In this document: one piece after another, positions 56,149 through 64,000 of the stretch
Layout of the letters: the number at the start of each line of letters is the position of its first letter
Position numbering within the stretch: the first letter of the stretch is position 1
Position numbers and translations under genes: made by a program
Notes under the pieces: model-generated
Told to the model about the DNA's origin: nothing
Databases searched by the model: none
Seen by the model: the letters and a program-made list of their open reading frames with translations, nothing else
DNA from: a bacterium
GTDB lineage: Bacteria; JAHJDO01
NCBI GenBank assembly: GCA_043824255.1
Contig: JBDRTG010000027.1
Coordinates: 1-64,000 of the forward strand
DNA length: 64,000 nt
Reading direction: 5' to 3'

Positions 56149-58110
56149 ATGGACCTCTTTGATTTTGACAAAAATTCAAAATTCAAAATCCAAAATTCCC
56201 CGAAGGGCAAGCCTACGGGGCAGGCAAAATTTGACAGTAACGCTCCTCTAGCTGTTCGAATGAGGTCCAGAACCCTTATAGAGTTTGTTGGTCAGGAACA
56301 TATTCTAGGCAAAGAGGGAATTCTTAGAAAAGCTATTGAGAATGACAAAATAACCTCCTTAATGCTATACGGCCCTCCTGGGACAGGGAAAACAACACTT
56401 GCTTACATTATTGCCAATGTAACAAAATCCCGTTTTGACAGAATTAATGCAGTTACATCCGGCATTTCAGAAATACGCGAGATTATTGAGTCCGCAAGAA
56501 CGAGGAAGGAAATAAACAATATAAAGACAATACTTTTTATTGATGAAATTCATCGGTTTAATAAGGCGCAACAGGATGGATTGATGCCTGCTGTTGAAAA
56601 TAATATTGTAACATTGATTGGAGCAAGCACTCACAATCCTTTCTTCGCAATAAACAGTCCATTGCTTTCAAGATCAAGGGTATTTCAATTGTACCCTCTT
56701 TCCAATGAAGATATAAAGCTTATTATAGGAAATGCGTTAAAGGATAAGCAGAGAGGACTTGGCAAGTTGAAAATTGAAATGAATGATAACGCATTGTTAC
56801 ATATTGTTAAATGTTCAGACGGAGATGGAAGAAGAGCCCTTAATGCTCTTGAGTTGGGTGTATTATTAGGCAAGCCTGATAAAAGTGGTATTATTCATTT
56901 TACAATAAAGATGGCTGAAGAAGCTGTTGGTAAAAGACAGGTAGTATACGATAAGGATGAAGGCGCACATTATGATACGATCTCTGCGTTTATAAAGAGC
57001 ATGAGAGGCTCAGATCCTGATGCAAGTCTTTACTGGCTTGCAAAGATGATTTACGGGGGCGAAGATCCAAGGTTTATAGCAAGACGAATTGTTATATGCG
57101 CTTCTGAAGATGTTGGCAATGCTGATCCTCAAGCTCTGATTTTAGCTAATGCAGCTTTGCAGGCATCTGAATTTGTGGGTTTGCCAGAGGCCAGGATAAT
57201 TCTTGCACAGGCGGTAACTTATATTGCGACTGCTCCAAAAAGCAATGCTTCTTATCTTGGAATAGATAGGGCTTTAGGGGATGTAAAAAGCAATAGATTA
57301 AAACAAGTTCCCATACATCTTAGAGTAGGAACATATCCTGGAGCAAAAGTTTTGGGACATGGCGGGGATTATAAGTATTCTCACAGTTATAAGGACCATT
57401 ATATAGAGCAGGAATATGCGCCTGATCTTCCTGCGTATTATAATCCTACTGAACAGGGATATGAAAAAAAAATAAAGGAGCGTATGGAGATTTTAAAAAA
57501 AAGGAGTAATGAAGGTGTGAGCAATATATCAAAACATATATTACGCCAGAATATGATAGCGAAACGCCAAAGGATGTCTTATGATGAAATAGCAACTAAG
57601 AGTGAACAGATTAAGAAGCAGCTTTTCGAACTGGATGTTTTTGAAAAATCTAAAACAATTATGTTCTATGTTGGAAAAGGAGATGAGGTTCAAACCAAGG
57701 ATATGGTTTTAGAATCAATGAAAATGGGTAAAATAGTGAGTGTTCCTTATATGGAAAATGGAAATCGTGAAATGCATGCATCTCTTTTGAAAAATTTTGA
57801 TAGGGATCTTGTAAATAGTAAATACGGGATTTTGTCTCCCAAAAAAGAAAGTTATAGACCTATAAATACAAGTAGTCTTGACTTAATTGTTGTTCCATGT
57901 GTTTGTTTTGATAGGAATGGAAATCGCATAGGACGTGGGGGAGGATATTACGACCGCTTTCTAAAATCAGTTTCCCAAAAAACTATGTTAATGGGGCTTG
58001 CATTTGATTTTCAGGTTGTGGACAAGGTGGAACATAATGAAAAAGATATTCCTGTGCATATAATTATAACAGAGATGAGAATCCTGAAGCGTGAAACAAA
58101 TCAGGACTAA
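56149..58110 (+). CDS. rarA: RarA/MgsA AAA+ ATPase fused in frame to 5-formyltetrahydrofolate cyclo-ligase
   Basis: PLAVRMR, GPPGTGKT, IDEIHRFNK, FIKSMRGSD; C-terminal DLIVVP..FD..G.RIGRGGGYYDRFL. Confidence 0.9.
   Translation: MDLFDFDKNSKFKIQNSPKGKPTGQAKFDSNAPLAVRMRSRTLIEFVGQEHILGKEGILRKAIENDKITSLMLYGPPGTGKTTLAYIIANVTKSRFDRINAVTSGISEIREIIESARTRKEINNIKTILFIDEIHRFNKAQQDGLMPAVENNIVTLIGASTHNPFFAINSPLLSRSRVFQLYPLSNEDIKLIIGNALKDKQRGLGKLKIEMNDNALLHIVKCSDGDGRRALNALELGVLLGKPDKSGIIHFTIKMAEEAVGKRQVVYDKDEGAHYDTISAFIKSMRGSDPDASLYWLAKMIYGGEDPRFIARRIVICASEDVGNADPQALILANAALQASEFVGLPEARIILAQAVTYIATAPKSNASYLGIDRALGDVKSNRLKQVPIHLRVGTYPGAKVLGHGGDYKYSHSYKDHYIEQEYAPDLPAYYNPTEQGYEKKIKERMEILKKRSNEGVSNISKHILRQNMIAKRQRMSYDEIATKSEQIKKQLFELDVFEKSKTIMFYVGKGDEVQTKDMVLESMKMGKIVSVPYMENGNREMHASLLKNFDRDLVNSKYGILSPKKESYRPINTSSLDLIVVPCVCFDRNGNRIGRGGGYYDRFLKSVSQKTMLMGLAFDFQVVDKVEHNEKDIPVHIIITEMRILKRETNQD
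56164..56236. repeat. 66-bp in-frame heptamer/hairpin insertion with 7-bp flanking direct repeats
   Basis: TTTGACA at 56164-56170 and 56230-56236; AAAATTC units; hairpin CCCCG...CGGGG. Confidence 0.75.
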
Positions 58111-58173
58111 GGATTAAGTTTATAACGTTTTTTTACTTAATACTAGAAATTTGAAATTATTAGGAGAGATATT

Positions 58174-59121
58174 ATGGCTGATGTAGTGTGTCTTGGTATT
58201 CTTGTTGCTGATGTTGTTGCGAAACCTGTTAATGATGTTCCTGAGAGAGGAGAGCTTGGGATTGTTGAGAAGATTGAACTTCATACGGGAGGATGTGCAA
58301 GTAATACAGGAGCAGCTCTGAGAAAGCTTGGTGTTGATGTAGCACTGATTGGAAAGGTTGGGAATGATGGTTTTGGAGATTATCTTATAAAAGAGATGTC
58401 CCAATGCGGATTAAATATTCAAGGCATAAGAAAGGACAATAATGTAAATACATCATGTTCATTGGCACTAGTTGAGGATGATGGAGAAAGAAGATTTATA
58501 CATTGCTATGGTGCAGATGGAAGCTTTTCTGAGCGTGATATTGACTGGAATATAATTAAAGGGTGTAAAATTCTTCATATTGCGGGAAGTTTCCTTATGC
58601 CAACCTTTGACGGAATTCAAACGGCACATGTTTTAAATGAAGCTAGGAGCATGGGTATTATGACCTCACTAGACACTGCATGGGATGCTAAGGGAAAGTG
58701 GCTTGAAATTATTGAGCCCGCTCTGAAATATATAGACATATTCCTGCCTAGTATTGAGGAAGCAAGAATGATAACAGGTTTAGAGTCAGCAGAAGAGATA
58801 GCGGATTTCTTTCTTAAATATGGGATGAAAATTGTTGGCTTGAAAATGGGCAGTAAAGGTTGTTTTGTTAAGTCTAGTGATAATGAAACAGTAAAAGTTT
58901 CTCCTTTTATAATCAAACCTGTGGATGCTACTGGTGCTGGAGATGCTTTTGTTGCTGGGTTTTTAGCAGGGGTATTAAAAGGTTGGAACTTACGCAAGGC
59001 AGCTGAGTTTGCCTGTGCTGTTGGAGCATGCTGTGTGCAAGCAATGGGGGCTAAAGCAGGCATCAGAAGCTTTGATGAGACAATTAAGTTTATAGAAGAT
59101 CATAAACAAGGCTCTTTCTGA
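58174..59121 (+). CDS. PfkB-family carbohydrate kinase
   Basis: GGCASN, GKVGNDGFG, DATGAGDAF. Confidence 0.92.
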   Translation: MADVVCLGILVADVVAKPVNDVPERGELGIVEKIELHTGGCASNTGAALRKLGVDVALIGKVGNDGFGDYLIKEMSQCGLNIQGIRKDNNVNTSCSLALVEDDGERRFIHCYGADGSFSERDIDWNIIKGCKILHIAGSFLMPTFDGIQTAHVLNEARSMGIMTSLDTAWDAKGKWLEIIEPALKYIDIFLPSIEEARMITGLESAEEIADFFLKYGMKIVGLKMGSKGCFVKSSDNETVKVSPFIIKPVDATGAGDAFVAGFLAGVLKGWNLRKAAEFACAVGACCVQAMGAKAGIRSFDETIKFIEDHKQGSF

Positions 59122-59942
59122 TGGTATTCAGGCTTATTGATTCAGAAAGCAACACTGCCTCAAGAAATATGGCAACAGATGAGGCTATTTTTTCCTGTCA
59201 TGGTAAAGGATGTTTTGAATATACATTGCGTCTGTATACATGGACTCCTCCTGCTGTCTCAATTGGATATTTTCAGGATTTACGTAAGGAAATTGATCTG
59301 GAAAATTGTAGGAGCTTGGGCATGAACTATGTGCGCAGACCTACTGGAGGAGGAGCAATACTGCACGACATGGAGTTAACCTATTCATTTACTGCCAGTA
59401 CCGGAGGGATTATTCCCATGGATATTTGCGAATCATATAAAGTCATATGTGGAGCTATTATTATTGGTTTGAAGTCATTAGGAATTAGTGCAGGAAACAG
59501 AAAAAGAGAAGTAAAATTGCGAGAAAGAGAGTCTCCTGTATGTTTTGTTGAATCATCGAATTACGATATTGTAGTTCGTGGGAAGAAAATGGTTGGGAGT
59601 GCTCAAAGAAGGATCAAGGACAAGCTTATCCAACATGGGTCTGTTCTAATTGATTTTGATACAGGGAAAATGCACAGTATTTTTAAAACTAGTTTGCCAT
59701 TTGGAAAGTTTAATAAAGATTTTGTAAATAATGTAACCTCTCTAAAACAGGAGTTAGGTTATTCTATTGATCTAGACAAATTAAAACGCGCAATATGTTT
59801 TGGGTTTGAAGAGCTGTTTAAAACTGAGGTTAGGGAAGAGGGTTTGACGAATACAGAGATAGCTCTTGTTGAAAAGCTAGATAATTTACAGTATGATAGC
59901 CTAGATTGGAATGTGAATAGAAAAAGGAATTTAGCAGAATGA
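59121..59942 (+). CDS. Lipoate-protein ligase A family
   Basis: NMATDE, LRLYTW, RRPTGGGA, KKMVGSAQ, QHGS. Confidence 0.9.
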   Translation: MVFRLIDSESNTASRNMATDEAIFSCHGKGCFEYTLRLYTWTPPAVSIGYFQDLRKEIDLENCRSLGMNYVRRPTGGGAILHDMELTYSFTASTGGIIPMDICESYKVICGAIIIGLKSLGISAGNRKREVKLRERESPVCFVESSNYDIVVRGKKMVGSAQRRIKDKLIQHGSVLIDFDTGKMHSIFKTSLPFGKFNKDFVNNVTSLKQELGYSIDLDKLKRAICFGFEELFKTEVREEGLTNTEIALVEKLDNLQYDSLDWNVNRKRNLAE

Positions 59943-60430
59943 GCATGATAGAGATGTTTGTTGCAGGGGTGGCAATTGATCCAACAAATAATATGCCTAT
60001 TATAATCTTGAAAAATAGTGATAAAAAAAGAACCCTCCCTATATGGATAGGAATATCTGAGGCAAGTGCTATTGCAATGAAATTAGTTGGGGCGAGTTCG
60101 GCAAGGCCATTAACTCATGATCTTATAAAATCTGTAATTGAAGTGTGCAGAGCAAAAATATTGGAAGTAAACATAGACGGCTTTAATGAGAACACGTTTT
60201 TTGCAAAAATAAAGATTAAATTGGGAAGAAGGACATTTCTTATTGATTCACGTCCAAGCGATGCAATAGCTCTAGCATTACGTGCTGGTGTTTCTATTCT
60301 CGTTGATGAAAAAGTAATTGAGCGGGCTACAACAACTGTGAATGTTACAGAAGTTGAAGGGAAAACAGAAGATTTTAAAAGTCTTTTAAAAGATCTTAAT
60401 ACAGAGGATTTTAGTAGGTACAAGATGTGA
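59939..60430 (+). CDS. Bifunctional nuclease family (DUF151)
   Basis: LPIWIG..EA.AI, RPLTHDL, DSRPSDAIALA. Confidence 0.92.
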   Translation: MSMIEMFVAGVAIDPTNNMPIIILKNSDKKRTLPIWIGISEASAIAMKLVGASSARPLTHDLIKSVIEVCRAKILEVNIDGFNENTFFAKIKIKLGRRTFLIDSRPSDAIALALRAGVSILVDEKVIERATTTVNVTEVEGKTEDFKSLLKDLNTEDFSRYKM

Positions 60431-60446
60431 CGGAGAAGCAAATATA

Positions 60447-61292
60447 ATGAATACAGGAAATATACCGGTTATATCTGTTAGCGGGAGAACTTTAGCAGAG
60501 GTATGGGAAAAAGCGGTGCTTGAGACATGGAATAAAGGGCTCAAGATAAAAACAGAGTATGATAAAAAAGAGGATCCTCCTAGCAGAGATTGTACAATGA
60601 TAATGGTTGTGGATGATCCCTTTGCTGAGCCGCGAATTCATCGCGCTTTTCCAGCGGGACTTGAAGAGTTAGAGATCTACCGTCAGGAGGTCGTAAAAGG
60701 TGTTCATGATCACTGGATTAATCCTGAACAAGGGAAATGGACATACACATATCACAAGCGACTTTTTGGATATGAGGTTGAAGGCGCAGAGATTAATCAG
60801 ATAGATTATATTGTAAATAAGCTCGTACAGACTCCCTATAGCCGTAGAGCTCAGGCAATAACATGGAATCCTAAAACTGACCCGCTTACATATGATCCGC
60901 CATGTCTTCAAAGATGCTGGTTTAGACTTTCAAGAAATGAGCATAAGAGATTAGTATTGAATATGAATACACATTGGCGTTCAAGAGATGGCTTTAAGGC
61001 TGCATTTATGAACATATTCGCCTTAACTGACCTGCAGAAACTGGTAGCTGCGCGTATAAGTAAGAAGGTTCATGAACAAGTTGTTGTTGGTAGATATGCT
61101 GACATAACAGACAGCTTTCATATTTATGGTTCATATCTTGAGCAATTTCGGGATTTTCTAAATACCGTAAAGAACCGAAGTTTTCAGGAGAGAACCTGGA
61201 CAAGCGAATTCTGCGAACCGTTCTTTGAAGAGGGTAGAAGAAGACTTAAGGATGAACAGGACAAGGAACAAAGTGCCGGAGGCCGGACTTGA
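60447..61292 (+). CDS. thyA: Thymidylate synthase, archaeal-like type
   Basis: YTYHKRL, NQIDY, SRRAQAITW, DPPCL, WRSRD, N..AL, SFHIY. Confidence 0.7.
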   Translation: MNTGNIPVISVSGRTLAEVWEKAVLETWNKGLKIKTEYDKKEDPPSRDCTMIMVVDDPFAEPRIHRAFPAGLEELEIYRQEVVKGVHDHWINPEQGKWTYTYHKRLFGYEVEGAEINQIDYIVNKLVQTPYSRRAQAITWNPKTDPLTYDPPCLQRCWFRLSRNEHKRLVLNMNTHWRSRDGFKAAFMNIFALTDLQKLVAARISKKVHEQVVVGRYADITDSFHIYGSYLEQFRDFLNTVKNRSFQERTWTSEFCEPFFEEGRRRLKDEQDKEQSAGGRT

Positions 61293-61358
61293 ACCGGCAT
61301 GAACCAAAAGTTCGAGGGATTTTAAGTCCCTTGCGTCTGCCAATTTCGCCACTCCGGC
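61274..61358 (-). tRNA. tRNA-Leu(TAA)
   Basis: GCCGGAG/CTCCGGC acceptor stem; anticodon loop CTTAAAA; long variable arm. Confidence 0.95.
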
Positions 61359-61370
61359 AGTAATACTTAG

Positions 61371-61442
<72 letters not shown>

Positions 61443-61453
61443 ACATTATAACT

Positions 61454-61530
61454 TCTAAATTGTCAATTATTAATTTTAAATTTTGAATTAAAAAGGTAAT
61501 TAAAAATTAAGAATTCAAAACTAAGAATTA
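61454..61530. repeat. Two-armed heptamer-repeat element in the tRNA-Cys leader
   Basis: CAATTATTAATTTTAAATT at 61464-61482 is identical to 8705-8723; T-rich arm followed by A-rich arm. Confidence 0.7.
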
Positions 61531-61538
61531 ATAGAGTT

Positions 61539-61603
61539 ATGATAGCTATTTTTACAATTTCAGTCAATAAGTAATTGAAGCGATATAAAGTGTATGTTAT
61601 GAT
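61539..61603. promoter_or_regulatory. Back-to-back promoters for tRNA-Cys/Leu (minus) and rpmE (plus)
   Basis: Minus: TTGACT(61567-62)-17-TATCAT(61544-39). Plus: TTGAAG(61575)-17-TATGAT(61598) with TGn. Confidence 0.6.
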
Positions 61604-61639
61604 TATCTCCAGTTAAAATGGAATAAGGGAAAAAGTATT

Positions 61640-61837
61640 ATGAAAAAAGATGTTCATCCAGGATATTATGAGACTACTATTACATGTGCCTGTGGAGAAG
61701 TTATCCATACACGTTCTACAAAAAAAAGTATCAGAGTAGAAATTTGTTCAAAGTGTCATCCTTTTTACACAGGTAAACAGAAGTTTGTTGACAGTGCTGG
61801 AAGGGTTGACAAGTTTAAGAAAAAATATAATCTCTAA
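61640..61837 (+). CDS. rpmE: 50S ribosomal protein L31, zinc-binding type
   Basis: [28 protein letters not shown]. Confidence 0.97.
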   Translation: MKKDVHPGYYETTITCACGEVIHTRSTKKSIRVEICSKCHPFYTGKQKFVDSAGRVDKFKKKYNL

Positions 61838-61846
61838 ACTGGGAAT

Positions 61847-61916
61847 GGGCGGAGGCAAGCCCCGCCCCCACAATGTGAAAATTGGGAAATGTAGGGGCAG
61901 ACCTTGCGTCTGCCCT
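61847..61916. repeat. Inverted pair of GTAG-type REP-like palindromes
   Basis: GGGCGGAGGCAAGCCCCGCCCCCAC (61847-61871) and GTAGGGGCAGACCTTGCGTCTGCCCT (61891-61916). Confidence 0.65.
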
Positions 61917-61939
61917 GATACGCTTAAACGAAGGATACT

Positions 61940-63004
61940 ATGCTGTTAGACAAATTAGATAGTATTAAAAAAAGGGGTGATGAACTTACTGAGTTAATGA
62001 GTGACCCTCAAGTTATAGCTAATAGAGACCAGTATCAGAAGTGTGCCAAGGAATACACTGATATAAAGGACATAATAAAGGAATATGGAAAATATAGGGA
62101 AAATTTGAATGATATATCGAAGCACAAAGAAATTCTCTCAAACCCCGCTGAAGACAAGGATTTTCTAGAACTAGTTGAATCAGAGATAGTGGATTTGAAA
62201 GCTAAAAAAGAGAAGATAGAGGATAATCTCCGGGTATTACTGGATCCAGAGGCGCGCGATTGGAACAAAGATATTATTATGGAAATACGTAGTGGAGCTG
62301 GTGGAGATGAAGCCAGTCTTTTTGCTGAAGACCTATTTCGTATGTATAGTAAGTATGCTGAAAAGAAAGGATGGAAGATAGAGATTTTGTCATCGCATAC
62401 AAGGGAATTGGGCGGTTTTAAGGAGGTAGTTTTTGCAGTAAAAGGAAAGAATGTTTACAGAAGATTAAGATTTGAAAGTGGAACGCACCGTGTTCAAAGG
62501 GTTCCAGTTACTGAGACTAGCGGCCGCATTCACACATCTACAGTTACTGTAGCAGTGCTTCCTGAACCTGAAGATGTTGAAGTTATAATAAATCCACAAG
62601 AATTAAAAATCGATACATTTAGAGCCTCAGGAGCTGGAGGTCAACATGTTAATAAAACAGACTCAGCAGTTAGAATAACCCATATACCAACGAGTCTAGT
62701 TGTTGAGTGTCAGGATGAAAGGTCACAGCATAAAAATAGAGTTAAGGCAATGAGAGTATTAAGAGCGCGCTTACTGCATAAGGTGAAAGAGGATCAACGG
62801 AAACAGATTTCTCAGGATAGAAAAAATCAGGTTGGCACAGGAGATAGAAGCGAAAAGATTCGCACGTATAATTTTCCCCAAGCGCGGGTTACAAATCATC
62901 GCATAAATTTTACTTCCCATAAGCTTCAGGCTTTTCTTCAAGGTAATATGGATGAATTGGTAGAAGCTGAATTATCAGTTGGTCTTAGAAGTTCCACTTT
63001 GTAA
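61940..63004 (+). CDS. prfA: Peptide chain release factor 1
   Basis: [10 protein letters not shown] (PxT), [22 protein letters not shown]. Confidence 0.96.
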   Translation: MLLDKLDSIKKRGDELTELMSDPQVIANRDQYQKCAKEYTDIKDIIKEYGKYRENLNDISKHKEILSNPAEDKDFLELVESEIVDLKAKKEKIEDNLRVLLDPEARDWNKDIIMEIRSGAGGDEASLFAEDLFRMYSKYAEKKGWKIEILSSHTRELGGFKEVVFAVKGKNVYRRLRFESGTHRVQRVPVTETSGRIHTSTVTVAVLPEPEDVEVIINPQELKIDTFRASGAGGQHVNKTDSAVRITHIPTSLVVECQDERSQHKNRVKAMRVLRARLLHKVKEDQRKQISQDRKNQVGTGDRSEKIRTYNFPQARVTNHRINFTSHKLQAFLQGNMDELVEAELSVGLRSSTL

Positions 63005-63011
63005 CAAATTT

Positions 63012-63899
63012 ATGGCAAAAACCAAAAAAACATGGAAGATTAAAGAATTAGTTCTTCGCACAGCAGATTATCTTGCAAGGCATAAGATTCCCTCTCCTCG
63101 TTTGGATGCAGAGGTTTTGCTATCATATCTCTTAAAGAAAGAAAGAATATTTTTATATCTTAATTGGGATAGTATTCTTAAAGAAGACACCCTAGACATT
63201 TTTAGAAAACTTGTTCTAAAAAGGTCAAAGCACGTACCAATTGCATATTTAATAGGGCATAAAGAGTTTATGTCCATCGATTTTGAGGTAAATAAAAAAG
63301 TATTAATTCCTAGGCCTGAGACTGAAACATTAATTGAAGCAACGTTAAAGAAGATGGCGCTTCAACCAAATAGAGAATGGGTAGCAATTGATATGGGAAC
63401 AGGCTGTGGGAATATAGCAGTTGCTCTTGCCAAAAGTCGGAATGTCAGGATCTATGCTTCTGATATCTCAGAAGATGCATTGAGCATCTCCAAAAAAAAT
63501 GCAAAAAAAAATAAAGTAGAAAAGTCAATAAGGTTTTTTTGCGGAGACTTGTTCGAAAGTTTTAATGGTCTCAATCTTGCCGAAGAGATTGATTTTGTTG
63601 TATCAAATCCTCCTTATGTTTCTTCAGCGGATTTTGAGAAATTATCTATTGATGTAAAGCAATATGAACCTAGAATCGCGCTTGATGGTGGAACTGATGG
63701 TATTGATTTTTATCCTGAACTAGTCAAAGGTGCAGAGGAATTTTTAAAACCACACGGGTTTCTTATTATGGAAATAGGATATGGCCAGGTTGAAGAAATT
63801 AAAAAACTTATTTCCTCAAGAGACACATTTTTTGCCCCTGAAATTGTCAGAGACTACGGAGGTATTGAGAGAGTAATTATCTGCACACGCCATTCTTGA
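63012..63899 (+). CDS. prmC: Release factor glutamine methyltransferase (start probably ATG 63012)
   Basis: RLDAEVLL, VLIPRPETE, DMGTGCG, VSNPPY, ALDGG. Confidence 0.95.
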   Translation: MAKTKKTWKIKELVLRTADYLARHKIPSPRLDAEVLLSYLLKKERIFLYLNWDSILKEDTLDIFRKLVLKRSKHVPIAYLIGHKEFMSIDFEVNKKVLIPRPETETLIEATLKKMALQPNREWVAIDMGTGCGNIAVALAKSRNVRIYASDISEDALSISKKNAKKNKVEKSIRFFCGDLFESFNGLNLAEEIDFVVSNPPYVSSADFEKLSIDVKQYEPRIALDGGTDGIDFYPELVKGAEEFLKPHGFLIMEIGYGQVEEIKKLISSRDTFFAPEIVRDYGGIERVIICTRHS

Positions 63900-63924
63900 C
63901 ATTATGTGTTTCTTTAGGTAGAAT
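63896..63924 (+). promoter_or_regulatory. Sigma70-type promoter for the next gene
   Basis: TTGACA-17-TAGAAT. Confidence 0.65.
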
Positions 63925-63953
63925 TTATACGACTAATTTTGGAGGCAGGCAAA

Positions 63954-64000
63954 GTGGTGGAAGATAGAAGAAAATTTCTGGGAGAAATACTTCAGGACAT
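63954..64000 (+). CDS. Start of a CDS cut by the window edge, possibly a PilB/GspE-type protein
   Basis: GGAGG RBS; MVEDRRKFLGEILQD resembles an MshEN-type LGEIL start. Confidence 0.4.
   Translation, partial: MVEDRRKFLGEILQD

Overview
AT-rich bacterial chromosomal segment using the standard code. Gene content resembles PVC-group or related candidate-phylum bacteria (inference). In order: a probable insertion-sequence end (1-140); a MerR-like HTH/ExeA-led type II secretion-like operon (gspC-D-E-F-G-H-I-J-K, PilM/PilN-like, PilO/GspM-like); a KilA-N gene; hisD-hisC; a 24-kb carbohydrate-utilisation island (2084-aa secreted modular protein, GntR/LacI regulator, H-X9-DG prepilin, CBM proteins, GH29 fucosidase, then a convergent block of xylB, PocR-AraC, sulfatase, two UroD-family genes, CBM9-like, unknown and DegT-family genes); accD-folC-yjbQ; an unexplained cluster of a 2244-aa nucleotide-sugar-dehydrogenase/ATP-grasp fusion, a second ATP-grasp and a GHMP kinase; four tRNAs; and housekeeping genes ending in rpmE-prfA-prmC. 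Three signals stand out. (1) A dispersed family of heptamer-repeat/hairpin elements sits at gene starts and is translated in frame as N-terminal peptides; one copy has 7-bp flanking direct repeats and one may bracket the KilA-N gene as cargo. (2) The giant dehydrogenase/ATP-grasp fusion cluster has no pathway I recognise. (3) The secreted protein carries four tandem CFA20-like domains. All calls come from motif recognition by eye; no searches were run.
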